From Gammaproteobacteria bacterium (GTDB taxonomy: Bacteria; Pseudomonadota; Gammaproteobacteria; UBA4575), in the NCBI GenBank assembly GCA_965243395.1, contig CBDEUS010000002.1, forward strand, positions 480,001 through 544,000: 64,000 bases of DNA. Reading direction: 5' to 3'. This document shows positions 1 to 11,047 of the stretch, piece by piece. The notes below the pieces were generated by a model. It was not told the DNA's origin. It worked only from the letters and a program-made list of their open reading frames with translations, and did not search any database. The translations under genes were made by a program, and so were the position numbers. Position 1 is the stretch's first letter. The number at the start of each line of letters is the position of its first letter.

Positions 1-259
1 TTGCCAAACCTAAATCCGTGTTAATTGTATTAGACATATTGTTTTACGGTCTAACTAGGCCTATAACGGCATATGAAAGAGATTGCGCTACTTTACGTAT
101 TACGTTAATGATGCAGTAATTATATGAAAGTATTTTCACGAAATTACTTTCAACTATTATTCATAAAGTAAATATTTATGGGTTATCTTATCGTCATGGT
201 TTGAAATTGCCTAGTTATCTATTATGAAATTCTGCAAATAAATCTATACTTTAAAAATA

Positions 260-2905
260 ATGAATGATATTGACCCACAAGAAACTAAGGAATGGTTGCA
301 AGCTATGCAAGCCATATTAGAGCGTGATGGTGAAGCCCGTGCTCATTACATCATCGAGCAGCTCATTCATAATGCACGTCTTGCTGGAGTTAATTTACCT
401 TTTCGTAATACCACCGCTTACGTAAATACCATACCTGTAGATGAAGAAGCTCGTCTGCCTGGCGATCCTCAAATGGAGCACCGGGTGCGTTCTTTAGAAA
501 GGTGGAATGCACTTGCCATGGTCGTACGTGCAAATAAAAAATTTCCTGAATTGGGCGGCCATATTTCTACCTATGCCTCTTCAGCTACATTAATGAGTAT
601 TGGATTCAACCATTTCTTTCGCCCGGCAACGAAAGATTTTGCTGGGGATTGTATTTACTTCCAGGGACACGCTGCCCCCGGTGTTTACGCGCGCGCTTAT
701 TTAGAGAATCGGATCAGTGAAGAGCAGCTACAACATTATCGTCGAGAAGTGGATGGTAAAGGCCTATCTTCTTATCCACATCCTTGGCTCATGCCAGATT
801 TTTGGCAATTTCCAACAGTATCTATGGGGCTTGCGCCAATTATGGGGATTTATCAAGCACGTTTTATGGAGTACTTACACGATAGAGGCCTAATTGATAA
901 AGGAGATCGTAAAGTTTGGGTCTTTACGGGTGATGGCGAAATGGATGAGCCTGAATCACTTGGAGCCATTTCGCTTGCTTCACGAGAGGAACTGGATAAT
1001 TTAATTTTTGTTATCAACTGTAATTTGCAACGCCTAGATGGTCCTGTTCGTGGCAATGGAAAAATAATTCAAGAGTTAGAGGGTGTGTTTCGTGGTGCGG
1101 GCTGGAATGTTATTAAACTTATTTGGGGTGGAAACTGGGATCCTTTATTAGCAAAAGATAAAGAGGGATTTTTGCGCAAACGCATGAATGAAGCATTAGA
1201 TGGTGATTTTCAAAACTATCGCGCCAAAGGAGGCGCTTATGTGCGCAAACACTTTTTTGGCGAATATCCTGAGCTGGAAAAAATTATTGAAAATATGACC
1301 GACGATGATATTTGGCGTTTAAATCGTGGCGGTCACGATCAACAAAAAGTCTACGCAGCCTATGCCGCTGCTGTAAAACATCAGGGACAACCAACCGTTA
1401 TTTTAGCGAAAACCGTGAAAGGCTATGGGCTGGGCAAAAGTGGTGAAAGTATGAATATTGCTCATCAGCTTAAGAAACCTACTAAAGATTCGCTCGTCGC
1501 ATTTCGCGATCGTTATCGAATTCCTGTAAGCGATGAACAATTAGAAGAGGTGCCATTTTATAAGCCCGATGATGATAGTGCTGAAATGCAATACATGAAG
1601 AAATTGCGTAGCAAGTTGGCTGGTGAAATTCCTAAGCGTTCACAATCAAGTATAAAAATAAAAGTGCCAGAACTGGAAATATTTAAAGATTTAATCAATG
1701 GCAGTGACGGTCGTGAAAACTCTACTACGATGGCTTTTGTAAGAATTTTATTGGCGCTTACACGTGATAAAGAAATCGCAAAATATGTAGTACCTATTGT
1801 TCCTGATGAAGCACGCACATTTGGTATGGAGGGGTTGTTTCGAAGCATGGGAATATATGCTCACAAAGGACAACTTTATGATCCAGTCGATGCTGATCAA
1901 GTCATGTATTACCGCGAAGATCAGGCTGGGCAAATTTTAGAAGAAGGTATAAATGAAGCAGGAGCAATGTCCTCGTGGATTGCCGCATCAACTTCTTACA
2001 GTGCTCATAACATGCCAATGATCCCTTTTTATATTTTTTATTCCATGTTTGGATTTCAACGAATTGGTGATCTCGCTTGGGCTGCAGGAGATAGCCGCGC
2101 ACGCGGATTTTTAATTGGTGGAACAGCCGGACGTACCACTTTAGCGGGTGAAGGATTACAACATCAAGATGGCCACAGTCACTTACTAGCATCTACGATT
2201 CCTAATTGTCGTGCATATGATCCTGCCTATGCATATGAACTTGCTGTAATCGTTCATCATGGCATGCAATCTATGTTTGAACATAACGAAGATCATTACT
2301 ATTACATCACAGTGATGAATGAAAATTATGCACAACCAAAAATGCCGCAAGGTTGTGAACAAGGCATTATTAATGGCATGTATCAATTGCAAGCTCCTGA
2401 TCCTAAGAAACACCACGTGCAATTGTTAGGAAGTGGAGCGATCTTATTGGAAGTAATTGCAGCTGCTGAATTGCTTGATCGAGATTATTCAATTAGTGCC
2501 GATATTTGGAGTGTTACAAGCTTTAATCGTTTACGGCATGAGGGCATGGAAGTTCAACGATGGAATATGCTCCATGCAGACGAAAAATCTAAAACTACTT
2601 ACGTTGAACAGTGTCTGCAAAATACTAAAGCTCCAGTTATAGCGGCAACGGACTATATGAAAATTTATGCAGACCAAATACGCCCATTCATTAAATCGAA
2701 TTATGTCGTATTAGGTACAGATGGGTTTGGACGAAGCGATACACGCAAACAATTACGCCGCCATTTTGAAGTGAATTCACATCATGTCGTTATTGCAGCA
2801 ATTTATTCGTTGGTGCAAGAAGGTAGTCTCGATAAATCGGTTTTGCACTCTGCCATGCAAAAGTATGGCATTGATGCTGATAAAACTGATCCTGTATTTT
2901 CTTAG
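260..2905 (+). CDS. aceE: pyruvate dehydrogenase E1 component, homodimeric type
   Basis: 881 aa; N-terminal DIDPQETKEW, LGGHISTYAS, FPTVSMGL and TPP motif GDGEMDEPES. Confidence 0.97.
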   Translation: MNDIDPQETKEWLQAMQAILERDGEARAHYIIEQLIHNARLAGVNLPFRNTTAYVNTIPVDEEARLPGDPQMEHRVRSLERWNALAMVVRANKKFPELGGHISTYASSATLMSIGFNHFFRPATKDFAGDCIYFQGHAAPGVYARAYLENRISEEQLQHYRREVDGKGLSSYPHPWLMPDFWQFPTVSMGLAPIMGIYQARFMEYLHDRGLIDKGDRKVWVFTGDGEMDEPESLGAISLASREELDNLIFVINCNLQRLDGPVRGNGKIIQELEGVFRGAGWNVIKLIWGGNWDPLLAKDKEGFLRKRMNEALDGDFQNYRAKGGAYVRKHFFGEYPELEKIIENMTDDDIWRLNRGGHDQQKVYAAYAAAVKHQGQPTVILAKTVKGYGLGKSGESMNIAHQLKKPTKDSLVAFRDRYRIPVSDEQLEEVPFYKPDDDSAEMQYMKKLRSKLAGEIPKRSQSSIKIKVPELEIFKDLINGSDGRENSTTMAFVRILLALTRDKEIAKYVVPIVPDEARTFGMEGLFRSMGIYAHKGQLYDPVDADQVMYYREDQAGQILEEGINEAGAMSSWIAASTSYSAHNMPMIPFYIFYSMFGFQRIGDLAWAAGDSRARGFLIGGTAGRTTLAGEGLQHQDGHSHLLASTIPNCRAYDPAYAYELAVIVHHGMQSMFEHNEDHYYYITVMNENYAQPKMPQGCEQGIINGMYQLQAPDPKKHHVQLLGSGAILLEVIAAAELLDRDYSISADIWSVTSFNRLRHEGMEVQRWNMLHADEKSKTTYVEQCLQNTKAPVIAATDYMKIYADQIRPFIKSNYVVLGTDGFGRSDTRKQLRRHFEVNSHHVVIAAIYSLVQEGSLDKSVLHSAMQKYGIDADKTDPVFS

Positions 2906-2913
2906 CGCTAATT

Positions 2914-4155
2914 GTGGAAACAAAAGAAATTAAGATCTCTGATATTGCTGATTTTGATGCAGTAGACGTAATAGAGATTTTAGTAAAAAAAGGAGACGAA
3001 ATTACCTTAGAGCAACCCTTGGTAACAGTGGAAAGTGACAAAGCCATGATGGATTACCCTTCTCCATCAGCAGGGATAGTTGAAAATATAGTCGTAAGCG
3101 AGGGAGATAAGATAAGTGAGGGTGATACGTTATTGACGCTAAAAGTAACTTCAGATGAAGCACCTTCAACTGAAAAAGTTATTGCTGAGCCTAAGGAAGA
3201 GTTAGAAAAAGAAAAAGTCGTTGAAAAACAAGTAGTACGTTCTGAAAATATTCAACCGTCGAATACCTCAAATGCCTATGCGAGCCCAGGAACACACAAA
3301 TATGCACGTGAGTTAGGAGTAGATTTAGACAATATACATGGTAGCGGACGACAACAAAGAATTGTTATTGAAGATATTCAACAGCATGTTCGTGACAACT
3401 TGTATTCGACTTCATCAAATAAAGCTATAAAACAAAAAGCGTTAGACTTTTCTCAATACGGTCAATCACATGCAAAAGATTTAAGTAAAGTTCAAAAATT
3501 AACAGCGCAAAATATGCTTAATGCTTGGCAAAGTATCCCGCATGTGACCCATTTTGATAATGCTGACGTTACACAATTAGAACAACACCGAAAAAAACTA
3601 GCTAGCGAACTTGAAACTAAGAAAATAAAGCTCACGCCACTTGCGTTTGTCGCTAAAGCACTCGTATTGTGTCTTAAACAGTTTCCTGATTTTAATGCTT
3701 CACTTGATATTGTATCTGAGCAATTAATTTATAAAGATTTTTTTCATATTGGTATAGCAGTAGATACTGAACATGGGCTATTTGTACCGGTATTACGTGA
3801 CGTAGACAAAAAAACATTGGAACAGGTAGCAAAAGAATTAGTTGAAGTCAGCACACTGGCAAAACAAAGAAAACTTACTCCTAAACATATGGGAGGAGCG
3901 AGTATGACAATCTCAAGCTTGGGTAATTTAGGCGGCCAAGCTTTTACGCCCATTATTAATCCCCCCGAGGTTGCGATATTAGGGCTATCCAAAATGCTTA
4001 TTAAAGATCAATTGAGCGAAGCAGGAACAAAACAACAAAAACTATTACCTTTATCATTGTCATATGACCACCGAGTGATTAATGGCGCAGATGCGGCACG
4101 TTTTTGTTCACATTTAAAAAATGTTTTAGAGGATATCTGGAAACTTATTCTTTAA
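2914..4155 (+). CDS. aceF: dihydrolipoamide acetyltransferase E2 (single lipoyl domain)
   Basis: lipoyl motif VESDKAMMD, E3-binding ASPG..YARELGVDL, catalytic SYDHRVINGADAARF; directly follows aceE. Confidence 0.93.
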   Translation: METKEIKISDIADFDAVDVIEILVKKGDEITLEQPLVTVESDKAMMDYPSPSAGIVENIVVSEGDKISEGDTLLTLKVTSDEAPSTEKVIAEPKEELEKEKVVEKQVVRSENIQPSNTSNAYASPGTHKYARELGVDLDNIHGSGRQQRIVIEDIQQHVRDNLYSTSSNKAIKQKALDFSQYGQSHAKDLSKVQKLTAQNMLNAWQSIPHVTHFDNADVTQLEQHRKKLASELETKKIKLTPLAFVAKALVLCLKQFPDFNASLDIVSEQLIYKDFFHIGIAVDTEHGLFVPVLRDVDKKTLEQVAKELVEVSTLAKQRKLTPKHMGGASMTISSLGNLGGQAFTPIINPPEVAILGLSKMLIKDQLSEAGTKQQKLLPLSLSYDHRVINGADAARFCSHLKNVLEDIWKLIL

Positions 4156-4173
4156 GTTTTAACGACAACGATC

Positions 4174-5274
4174 GTGATAATTGGTGTTCCAAAAGAAATA
4201 AAAGCAGATGAATACCGTGTTTCATTACTACCGGTTGGCGCACAATTACTTGTTCAAGATGGTCATGAGGTACTTATAGAAAAAAATGCGGGTCTAGCAA
4301 GCGGGTATCATGATAAGGAATTCGAGTCGGCGGGTGCAAAAATAGTATCGAATGTGAATGACATTTTTGCTGAGTCAAATTTAATTGTAAAAGTAAAAGA
4401 ACCACAGCACGAAGAGCTTGATAAATTTACTAACTCGCAAATCATATTTAGCTATTTTCATTTTGCGAGTTCGGAAGCATTAACCAAATCATGCATAAAA
4501 AGCGGTATAACTGCTTTAGCTTATGAAACGCTTACAGATGTTCATGGACAATTACCCTTGTTAAAACCCATGAGCGAGGTTGCAGGCAAGATGTCTATTC
4601 AAGAAGGTGCTAAATGTCTTGAGAAACCTATGTTAGGAAGAGGTGTGTTATTAGGAGGCGTGGCAGGTGTTGCGCCTGCAAATGTACTCATTCTTGGGGC
4701 TGGTGTTGTGGGCTCAAACGCAGCACGCGTCGCTGCTGGATTGGGTGCAAATGTGATTGTAATGGATATAGACATTGAAAAACTTCGTCATATTGATGAA
4801 GTAATGCCAGATAATGTCACAACTATTTATTCTGACCCTCATGCAATTGAAAACTGTGCAATTAATGCAGATTTAATTATAGGTGCAACACTCGTTCCTG
4901 GTGCACGCGCAAAAAAATTGATCGACAGAAGCTTATTAAAAGATATGAAAAAGGGTGCTGTGCTTGTTGATGTATCCATTGATCAAGGGGGGTGTTTTGA
5001 AACCAGTAAACCCACTACACACCATGATCCGGTCTATGTAATTGATAATATCGTACATTATTGTGTAACTAATATACCTGGTGCCGTTGCGCGTACAAGC
5101 AGTCAAGCATTATGCAATGCAACGCTACCCTTTATTCAAAAATTGAGTAACTTAGGCTTACAGGCGTTTATTAATGAAAGTAAAAATTTACGCAATGCAC
5201 TCAATATTCATGAAGGCAAGATTAAACATTTAGCTGTAGCAAACGCATTTCCAAATTTGCCGAATAGCTTCTAG
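4174..5274 (+). CDS. ald: alanine dehydrogenase
   Basis: IGVPKEIK..EYRV start, PMSEVAG, GAGVVG Rossmann motif, IDQGGCFETS, HYCVTNIPGAV. Confidence 0.95.
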   Translation: MIIGVPKEIKADEYRVSLLPVGAQLLVQDGHEVLIEKNAGLASGYHDKEFESAGAKIVSNVNDIFAESNLIVKVKEPQHEELDKFTNSQIIFSYFHFASSEALTKSCIKSGITALAYETLTDVHGQLPLLKPMSEVAGKMSIQEGAKCLEKPMLGRGVLLGGVAGVAPANVLILGAGVVGSNAARVAAGLGANVIVMDIDIEKLRHIDEVMPDNVTTIYSDPHAIENCAINADLIIGATLVPGARAKKLIDRSLLKDMKKGAVLVDVSIDQGGCFETSKPTTHHDPVYVIDNIVHYCVTNIPGAVARTSSQALCNATLPFIQKLSNLGLQAFINESKNLRNALNIHEGKIKHLAVANAFPNLPNSF

Positions 5275-5868
5275 CTAGCGAAATTCTAAAAAATATATGG
5301 TCACGCCAAGAAGTATTAATGCAATTTCTATAATGCTTATCCAGATGATCATATAAGTAATTCTCCTGGCCATTGGCTTCATTGGCAGCCAAATTCGTTG
5401 TTTATAAAGTTTCCAAGGCAAAAACCAAGACCAACGCTGCCAATCGATTACATAGTTTTGAACTTCTTCTGCCCATTTCGTTAGGCTTTTGTCAACGCTG
5501 CTAAGTTCATTAGCGGTATCGTTAGATGAAGGTGAATGATATTTTTCAGTTATTTTTAATTTTGATCCTTCTGGAATAGATAGTGTTTTAAGTATTGTTT
5601 CAGACTTAATTCCATTTTCGTATTCAATCTTAATGCCATCATCAATATCAGTGACATATATGTTTGTTTTAAGTGAGAACGTATGGTTCTGGCTATGATT
5701 AACTACATCAATGAAATATTTTTGCGGCCCTAAATTTTTCCATTGCTTAATTTCAAGATAAGGATTAATTTTAAAAAGTTGCTCGATATCGCGACAAAAA
5801 TGAATTAAAGCATCTTGGCGTAGGGGCGTTTTGAATTCTGCCCACGCCTTATTATCTGTACTTGTCAA
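5275..5868 (-). CDS. hypothetical protein with C-terminal TM helix
   Basis: 197-aa ORF, last gene of the minus-strand YeiH/USP operon; hydrophobic C-terminus. Confidence 0.7.
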   Translation of the reverse strand: MTSTDNKAWAEFKTPLRQDALIHFCRDIEQLFKINPYLEIKQWKNLGPQKYFIDVVNHSQNHTFSLKTNIYVTDIDDGIKIEYENGIKSETILKTLSIPEGSKLKITEKYHSPSSNDTANELSSVDKSLTKWAEEVQNYVIDWQRWSWFLPWKLYKQRIWLPMKPMARRITYMIIWISIIEIALILLGVTIYFLEFR

Positions 5869-5874
5869 AAGGAA

Positions 5875-6342
5875 TTAGTGTTTCGTGTCAGGGTAAGGAA
5901 TTTGCAGAAGTGCTGTACTCAAATTCTTCTTAATTGAATCCGTCATCATGCGAGAATGCAATCCAGATATAAATTTTGGTCGGGGCGAGCCTGTAACGAT
6001 TAAATCAAAATCGTGTTCTTCACAAACGTTTTGCAAACAATTTTTTGGGTCACCGAACATGAATAGACTTTTATATTTTGCATTATGCTTTGAAAGGGTA
6101 GCCTCAACTCTAGAAATCGTTATTTCTGCTTCATTTACAAGTTCAGATTCCAAATAGTTACAAAATCGCTCTTGTGTGATTTGGTTGCTGAGCCAATCAT
6201 CCCCAGTCATATGTTTCCAAAGCTCAGGAACTACATACAAGTGAATAACTTCAACATCCTTTAAGTGCATATTTAATAATGCCTGTTCAGCGGCACGCGC
6301 ACCTGTGGAGCCATGGCTGGCAAGCAAAACTTTCTTAGGCAT
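5875..6342 (-). CDS. universal stress protein (USP domain)
   Basis: KKVLLASHGS...A start, GDP...DLIVTGS motif typical of the UspA fold. Confidence 0.8.
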   Translation of the reverse strand: MPKKVLLASHGSTGARAAEQALLNMHLKDVEVIHLYVVPELWKHMTGDDWLSNQITQERFCNYLESELVNEAEITISRVEATLSKHNAKYKSLFMFGDPKNCLQNVCEEHDFDLIVTGSPRPKFISGLHSRMMTDSIKKNLSTALLQIPYPDTKH

Positions 6343-6355
6343 AAATGTTAACTAT

Positions 6356-6478
6356 TCAATAGGCTAGATAGACAAATAAAGCAACCAATAAAGCTAATAT
6401 GAGTGCCACTAAATCTTCTCTTCTATCGCTGCTGAAGATAGATAGTGCGGATCCACGATCAAATTTATTATCTTGCAT
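6356..6478 (-). CDS. small single-TM protein (40 aa), not in the ORF track
   Basis: hand translation MQDNKFDRGSALSIFSSDRREDLVALILALLVALFVYLAY; AGGAG RBS upstream; fills the gap between the YeiH and USP genes. Confidence 0.7.
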   Translation of the reverse strand: MQDNKFDRGSALSIFSSDRREDLVALILALLVALFVYLAY

Positions 6479-6496
6479 AAGAATCTCCTGGAAAAT

Positions 6497-8077
6497 TTAA
6501 ATTTTTTCCGAAATAAATAATAAAACTACAATTAAGGACAAACTGGCTTTAACGAATCCCACGATTCCCCCGATTACTGCAGGTTGCCCTCCTGCTTGCC
6601 GCATTGCGGAAACAGTAATTTGCATGCCTAAACCCACCAATCCAAATGCAAATAACCAGGTAATCCAGTTTCTAAAGGCCTTTATCTTTTTTGCAGTATG
6701 TCGTACAGACTTGTGGGCTTTTTTAAGGATTTCATTTGCAGATTTGGTAAGTACATTTGCGTTTATCAGACCTCGTATCGCATCATCATCATCGATACTC
6801 ATGATCTTGCCATGTTGAATTAATTGATTAAGCGCCTGTTTGCGATCTTGTCGCTGTACTTTTGAAGATTCGTTGACTAACAAACTTTTATTTTCATCAC
6901 TTAATAGATTTTCAGATTTAAATCCACTTTCTTCGGTGTTCCCAAAGTACTTTCCTTTGTAATGATTGGCAGGTGCAAATATACCTGTTGTTGAAAGTGC
7001 AAAAAGTAAGATAAAACCCAAAACAAAAATTGGGAATTTTTCAAAAATAACTCTACCAACATTAACTTGGGTATCCACACTGTCTTCACGTTTTACGTAC
7101 CAAACGGATAACCATAAAACGATAATAGGCAAAATAAGCACACGTGTAATATTAAAAATTTCAGCAACTTTTAGGGTTTCAATTCCATCCGGTTGATAAG
7201 CTAACGCAGCACCTGCTACTTGAGCGGAATTCAAAATACCTGTGCCTGCCCAAGCTCCAAACTGCACGTGTGAGAAATTTAATAAGTGTCCAATGATGGG
7301 GAATATAAACATACATAGCACACCCCATAGCAATATCGTGCCAATGGTGTAAGCAATTTCTACAGACTTTGCTTTAACAACCGGGGCTGCTGCAACGGTC
7401 GCAGATACTCCACAAACCCCCATTCCTGCAGACAACACGCCGCCCATAGAATTGGATATTTTTCTACGAGCTCCTAACCATAAAACTAGACCTACTGAGC
7501 CTAATACAAAAAATCCGATCATGATGATGGATAGCCCACCGAGATTTTTTAGTTCTGCAGCACTATATAAGGTACCAAGTAAGATCACTCCGGTTTTTAA
7601 ACCTAACCGGGAAAGCCGTACTCCATTTTCAGCCCATTCTGGAATTCTGAAAACGTTAACGATGATGATGCCAACTAAAATGCCTAAAACTACATAGTTC
7701 AAGCCGAGAATTTCATGTAGATATTTTCCAGTGTTACCTACTTTCCCAATTGAACTCCCTACGACAGCAATTTCTGGTGCAACAAACCAGCGCACAAGCA
7801 TTGCAATTAACAAAATGAACATAACTCCAGCAATAGTTGAAAGGTAATAGTCGCATGTTCCTTCTTTAGGAGTGCTTAGCCATTGCCAAAGACCGAAAAT
7901 GATAGAGAAAATCCCAAAGTAAAGAGGCAGGGTAGTAAGTTCATTAAAGTATTTATATTTATTCCCACCAAGATGATTAATATAGGATGCAAGATAATCA
8001 GAACTGGCTAGAAACCAAATGGCCAACATAATTAGCCCGATAAAGAACAAAGCAGAAGATTTTTTTGTATAAACCAT
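6497..8077 (-). CDS. YeiH / putative sulfate exporter family membrane protein
   Basis: multi-TM; LKTGVILLG, GMGVCGVSAT.AAAP, FGAWAGTGI motifs of the YeiH family. Confidence 0.8.
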   Translation of the reverse strand: MVYTKKSSALFFIGLIMLAIWFLASSDYLASYINHLGGNKYKYFNELTTLPLYFGIFSIIFGLWQWLSTPKEGTCDYYLSTIAGVMFILLIAMLVRWFVAPEIAVVGSSIGKVGNTGKYLHEILGLNYVVLGILVGIIIVNVFRIPEWAENGVRLSRLGLKTGVILLGTLYSAAELKNLGGLSIIMIGFFVLGSVGLVLWLGARRKISNSMGGVLSAGMGVCGVSATVAAAPVVKAKSVEIAYTIGTILLWGVLCMFIFPIIGHLLNFSHVQFGAWAGTGILNSAQVAGAALAYQPDGIETLKVAEIFNITRVLILPIIVLWLSVWYVKREDSVDTQVNVGRVIFEKFPIFVLGFILLFALSTTGIFAPANHYKGKYFGNTEESGFKSENLLSDENKSLLVNESSKVQRQDRKQALNQLIQHGKIMSIDDDDAIRGLINANVLTKSANEILKKAHKSVRHTAKKIKAFRNWITWLFAFGLVGLGMQITVSAMRQAGGQPAVIGGIVGFVKASLSLIVVLLFISEKI

Positions 8078-8211
8078 GCATCACCCTGATTTATTTTTGT
8101 TATAGAGTGCTTATTTATATTCTAATCTGTGCCAGTAATGTGTGTATAGCTATTTGTATCCAGAGTATGAAAAGACATCTATAAGTTTTATTTATTTTTG
8201 CTATCAATTTA

Positions 8212-10116
8212 ATGTCAAAAATTTACAAACACGACAATGATGATACTCCGGCTTATCGAAATGCTTGGAATAGTAGTTTTGCTGAAGTTCTGTCTCGACG
8301 CATGAGTCGTCGCGCGTGGATAAAGAGCATTGGCTTGATGGGTTTTTGTACAGTTTCAAGTAATGTGAATCTGTCTGCAAAAGATAAGCAAACACTACTT
8401 TCTTTTGAAGAAATTTCTCATGGCTTAGACACGCAATTACATTTAGCAAAAGATTATTCCGCACAAATTTTATTAAGATGGGGAGACCCATTGTTTAGAA
8501 ATGAAAGTAAATTTAATCCTTATAAACAAAATGCTGAATCACAACTCAAACGTTTTGGATACAACAATGATTTTGTAGATTATTTATCAATTTCACGTAA
8601 GAAAAATATTTCTAATCATGGGTTATTAGTTGTTAATCATGAGTATGTAAATAGTAGCTTGATGCATCCGGGCTCACCTAGACCCTATGATTTAGCACGA
8701 GAACAAATTGATACTGAAATGGCCGCTCACGGTCTCAGCATTATTGAGGTGTATAAACAAAAGAATCATTGGAACATTAAACTTGATTCAAACTACAATC
8801 GACGCATCACGCCTTCTACTAAGATGAAATTATCGGGCCCTGCAAAAGGGCACCAAAGAGTAAAAACTGAATATTCTCCTCAAGGTGATTTTTGTTTGGG
8901 TACGTTTGGTAATTGTGCTGGGTGTGTAACACCTTGGGGAACTGTATTAACAGCAGAGGAAAACATTCAAGCCTATTTTATGGGTAATGCGAAATCTACG
9001 AATGAGCGCGAAAACTACAAACGTTTTGGATTACATGGAGATAAAACAGCATTATCTATATGGGGAAATTATCATGATATTTGGGATTTAGATAAACATC
9101 CACAAGCTGCTATGCATGCAGGATGGATTGTGGAGATTGATCCATACGATTCTTCATTTGTGCCGATTAAACGAACAGCTTTGGGTCGCTGTAAACATGA
9201 GGGATGTGATGTGCACATCAATAAAGATGGAAGAGTCGTTCTATACATGGGCGATGATCAAACATTTGAATATATATATCGCTTTGTAAGCAAGGAAAAA
9301 TTTCAAACACATAACCAAAGAAATAATTTGGCTTTATTGGATGAAGGTGAGTTGAGTGTTGCGGAATTTACAGATCAAGGCACAGTTATTTGGCATCCAT
9401 TGCAATACGGAAATGAACCACACATAAAAAAGAACGGATTTAACAGTCAAGCAGATGTCGTTTTAGATATGCGAAAAGCAGCTGATTTAGTAGGCGCAAC
9501 ACCGATGGATCGGCCCGAAGAAATAAAAGTTAACCCAAAATCCGGAAATGTATTTGCTGTTTTAACTAACAATTTCAAACGTACACCGTTGCAAGTCGAT
9601 GCTGTAAATCCTCGTGCATTAAATCGACATGGGCACATTCTAGAGCTCATCGCTCCTGAACAAGACCATAGTGCCAGAGAATATCAATGGGAAGTATTCA
9701 TATTAGCAGGAGACCCAAATAAAAAAATTGATCAGGCTTACTATTCTGCAAAGTTATCGGAAAATGGTTGGTTTTCTAGTCCTGATAATTGTAGCTTTGA
9801 TAGGTATGGCAATATTTGGATTGCTACGGATGGCTTTAATCGATCCGGCAAAGCAGATGGGATATGGGTTTCTGTGACTGGTAATGAAAATGAGAAAATT
9901 TGTAAGCAGTTTTTACGAGCTCCGATTGGTGCGGAAGTTTGTAGCCCTTGCTTCACACCCGATCATAAAACGATGTTTTGTTCTATCCAACACCCGGGAG
10001 ACGGGTCGACATTTGATCAACCCAATACGCGCTGGCCTGATTTTAATTTAAAGATACCGCCTCGTCCTGCCGTGGTAGCGGTAACTCACGATCAAGACGA
10101 GGAGATAGGAAGTTAA
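8212..10116 (+). CDS. phoX: PhoX-family alkaline phosphatase (Tat exported)
   Basis: twin-arginine SRR leader, VNHEY, NCAG..TPWGTVLTAEEN, KRTALGR.KHE, DRPE, PDN, QHPG motifs. Confidence 0.9.
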   Translation: MSKIYKHDNDDTPAYRNAWNSSFAEVLSRRMSRRAWIKSIGLMGFCTVSSNVNLSAKDKQTLLSFEEISHGLDTQLHLAKDYSAQILLRWGDPLFRNESKFNPYKQNAESQLKRFGYNNDFVDYLSISRKKNISNHGLLVVNHEYVNSSLMHPGSPRPYDLAREQIDTEMAAHGLSIIEVYKQKNHWNIKLDSNYNRRITPSTKMKLSGPAKGHQRVKTEYSPQGDFCLGTFGNCAGCVTPWGTVLTAEENIQAYFMGNAKSTNERENYKRFGLHGDKTALSIWGNYHDIWDLDKHPQAAMHAGWIVEIDPYDSSFVPIKRTALGRCKHEGCDVHINKDGRVVLYMGDDQTFEYIYRFVSKEKFQTHNQRNNLALLDEGELSVAEFTDQGTVIWHPLQYGNEPHIKKNGFNSQADVVLDMRKAADLVGATPMDRPEEIKVNPKSGNVFAVLTNNFKRTPLQVDAVNPRALNRHGHILELIAPEQDHSAREYQWEVFILAGDPNKKIDQAYYSAKLSENGWFSSPDNCSFDRYGNIWIATDGFNRSGKADGIWVSVTGNENEKICKQFLRAPIGAEVCSPCFTPDHKTMFCSIQHPGDGSTFDQPNTRWPDFNLKIPPRPAVVAVTHDQDEEIGS

Positions 10117-10135
10117 GTTGCAAAGTAAATCTTTT

Positions 10136-10444
10136 TTATCTTTCACTTGGTGGGACAAATTTATCTGTCCAAGGGGAAAGCTGAATAAATTCACTGAATT
10201 CTGCACGATTAATTAACCCGTTTGAGTCTTCATCAAAGCGAGCAAAAATTTCGTCATCACTTAAGTTATAGACGGCTTTAGCTTCATCGCGGTCCAATCG
10301 TTCATTTCGATCCAGATCTGCACCCCAAAATAGTCCGTCTTCAAAACTGCGTCCACCTCCAGCAACACCCGCTATAGAAGCAAGAGGTATCAACATAAGC
10401 ACAACAGCAAATACAACATTAAGGAATTTCATTATTTTCTCCAA
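10136..10444 (-). CDS. exported EF-hand protein
   Basis: signal peptide; DLDRNERLDRDE and DEDSNGLINRAEF EF-hand-like loops. Confidence 0.7.
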   Translation of the reverse strand: MEKIMKFLNVVFAVVLMLIPLASIAGVAGGGRSFEDGLFWGADLDRNERLDRDEAKAVYNLSDDEIFARFDEDSNGLINRAEFSEFIQLSPWTDKFVPPSER

Positions 10445-10716
10445 AATAGTTTTGATAACCCAGTAGACCGCATTATCAATAAAAAATTACATCAAAAAGG
10501 TTAAAAATTTGTAATATTCGAAATCATATCTATTTCGTTAATAATTATTTTTTATTCGTATGAATATTTGCTTTCAAATTTAGACTGTGAATTGAGTTGC
10601 AATTATCAAAACGAGTTAACCACCTGTCTATTTCAAATAACCGTAAATATTTATGTTCGCCTATAAGCGTTTAATTTTACATATAATGTTTTATTTCCTT
10701 TAACACGGGTGGGGTT

Positions 10717-10968
10717 ATGTTGGGTTTAAAAAAATCACCTAAGAGGGAACAAAAATCATTATTAGAGAGTAAGCAATTACCTGATCGTCGAAGTAAGAGG
10801 GCAGATCGGCGTTCTTTTGGCTTACCAAACAAGTTTCCCTTGTCAGATCGTCTTGGAAAGATTATTAAAGTGGATCGCCGCAGAAGGCCTGATCGTCGTA
10901 TAGCCAATATCGAAGTTAAAGAAGACTGTCTATCGAATGATTCGAGGTGGTTTAAAAATAATAATTAA
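10717..10968 (+). CDS. small basic protein with repeated DRR motifs
   Basis: 83 aa, purine-rich RBS, DRR motif occurring four times. Confidence 0.5.
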   Translation: MLGLKKSPKREQKSLLESKQLPDRRSKRADRRSFGLPNKFPLSDRLGKIIKVDRRRRPDRRIANIEVKEDCLSNDSRWFKNNN

Positions 10969-11047
10969 AATTATTGTATATTTTTGCTTAGTAAAGTCTG
11001 TTAAATCTCGACAACCCAATTTTAGGAGTTGGGTAATTATTTTAAAA

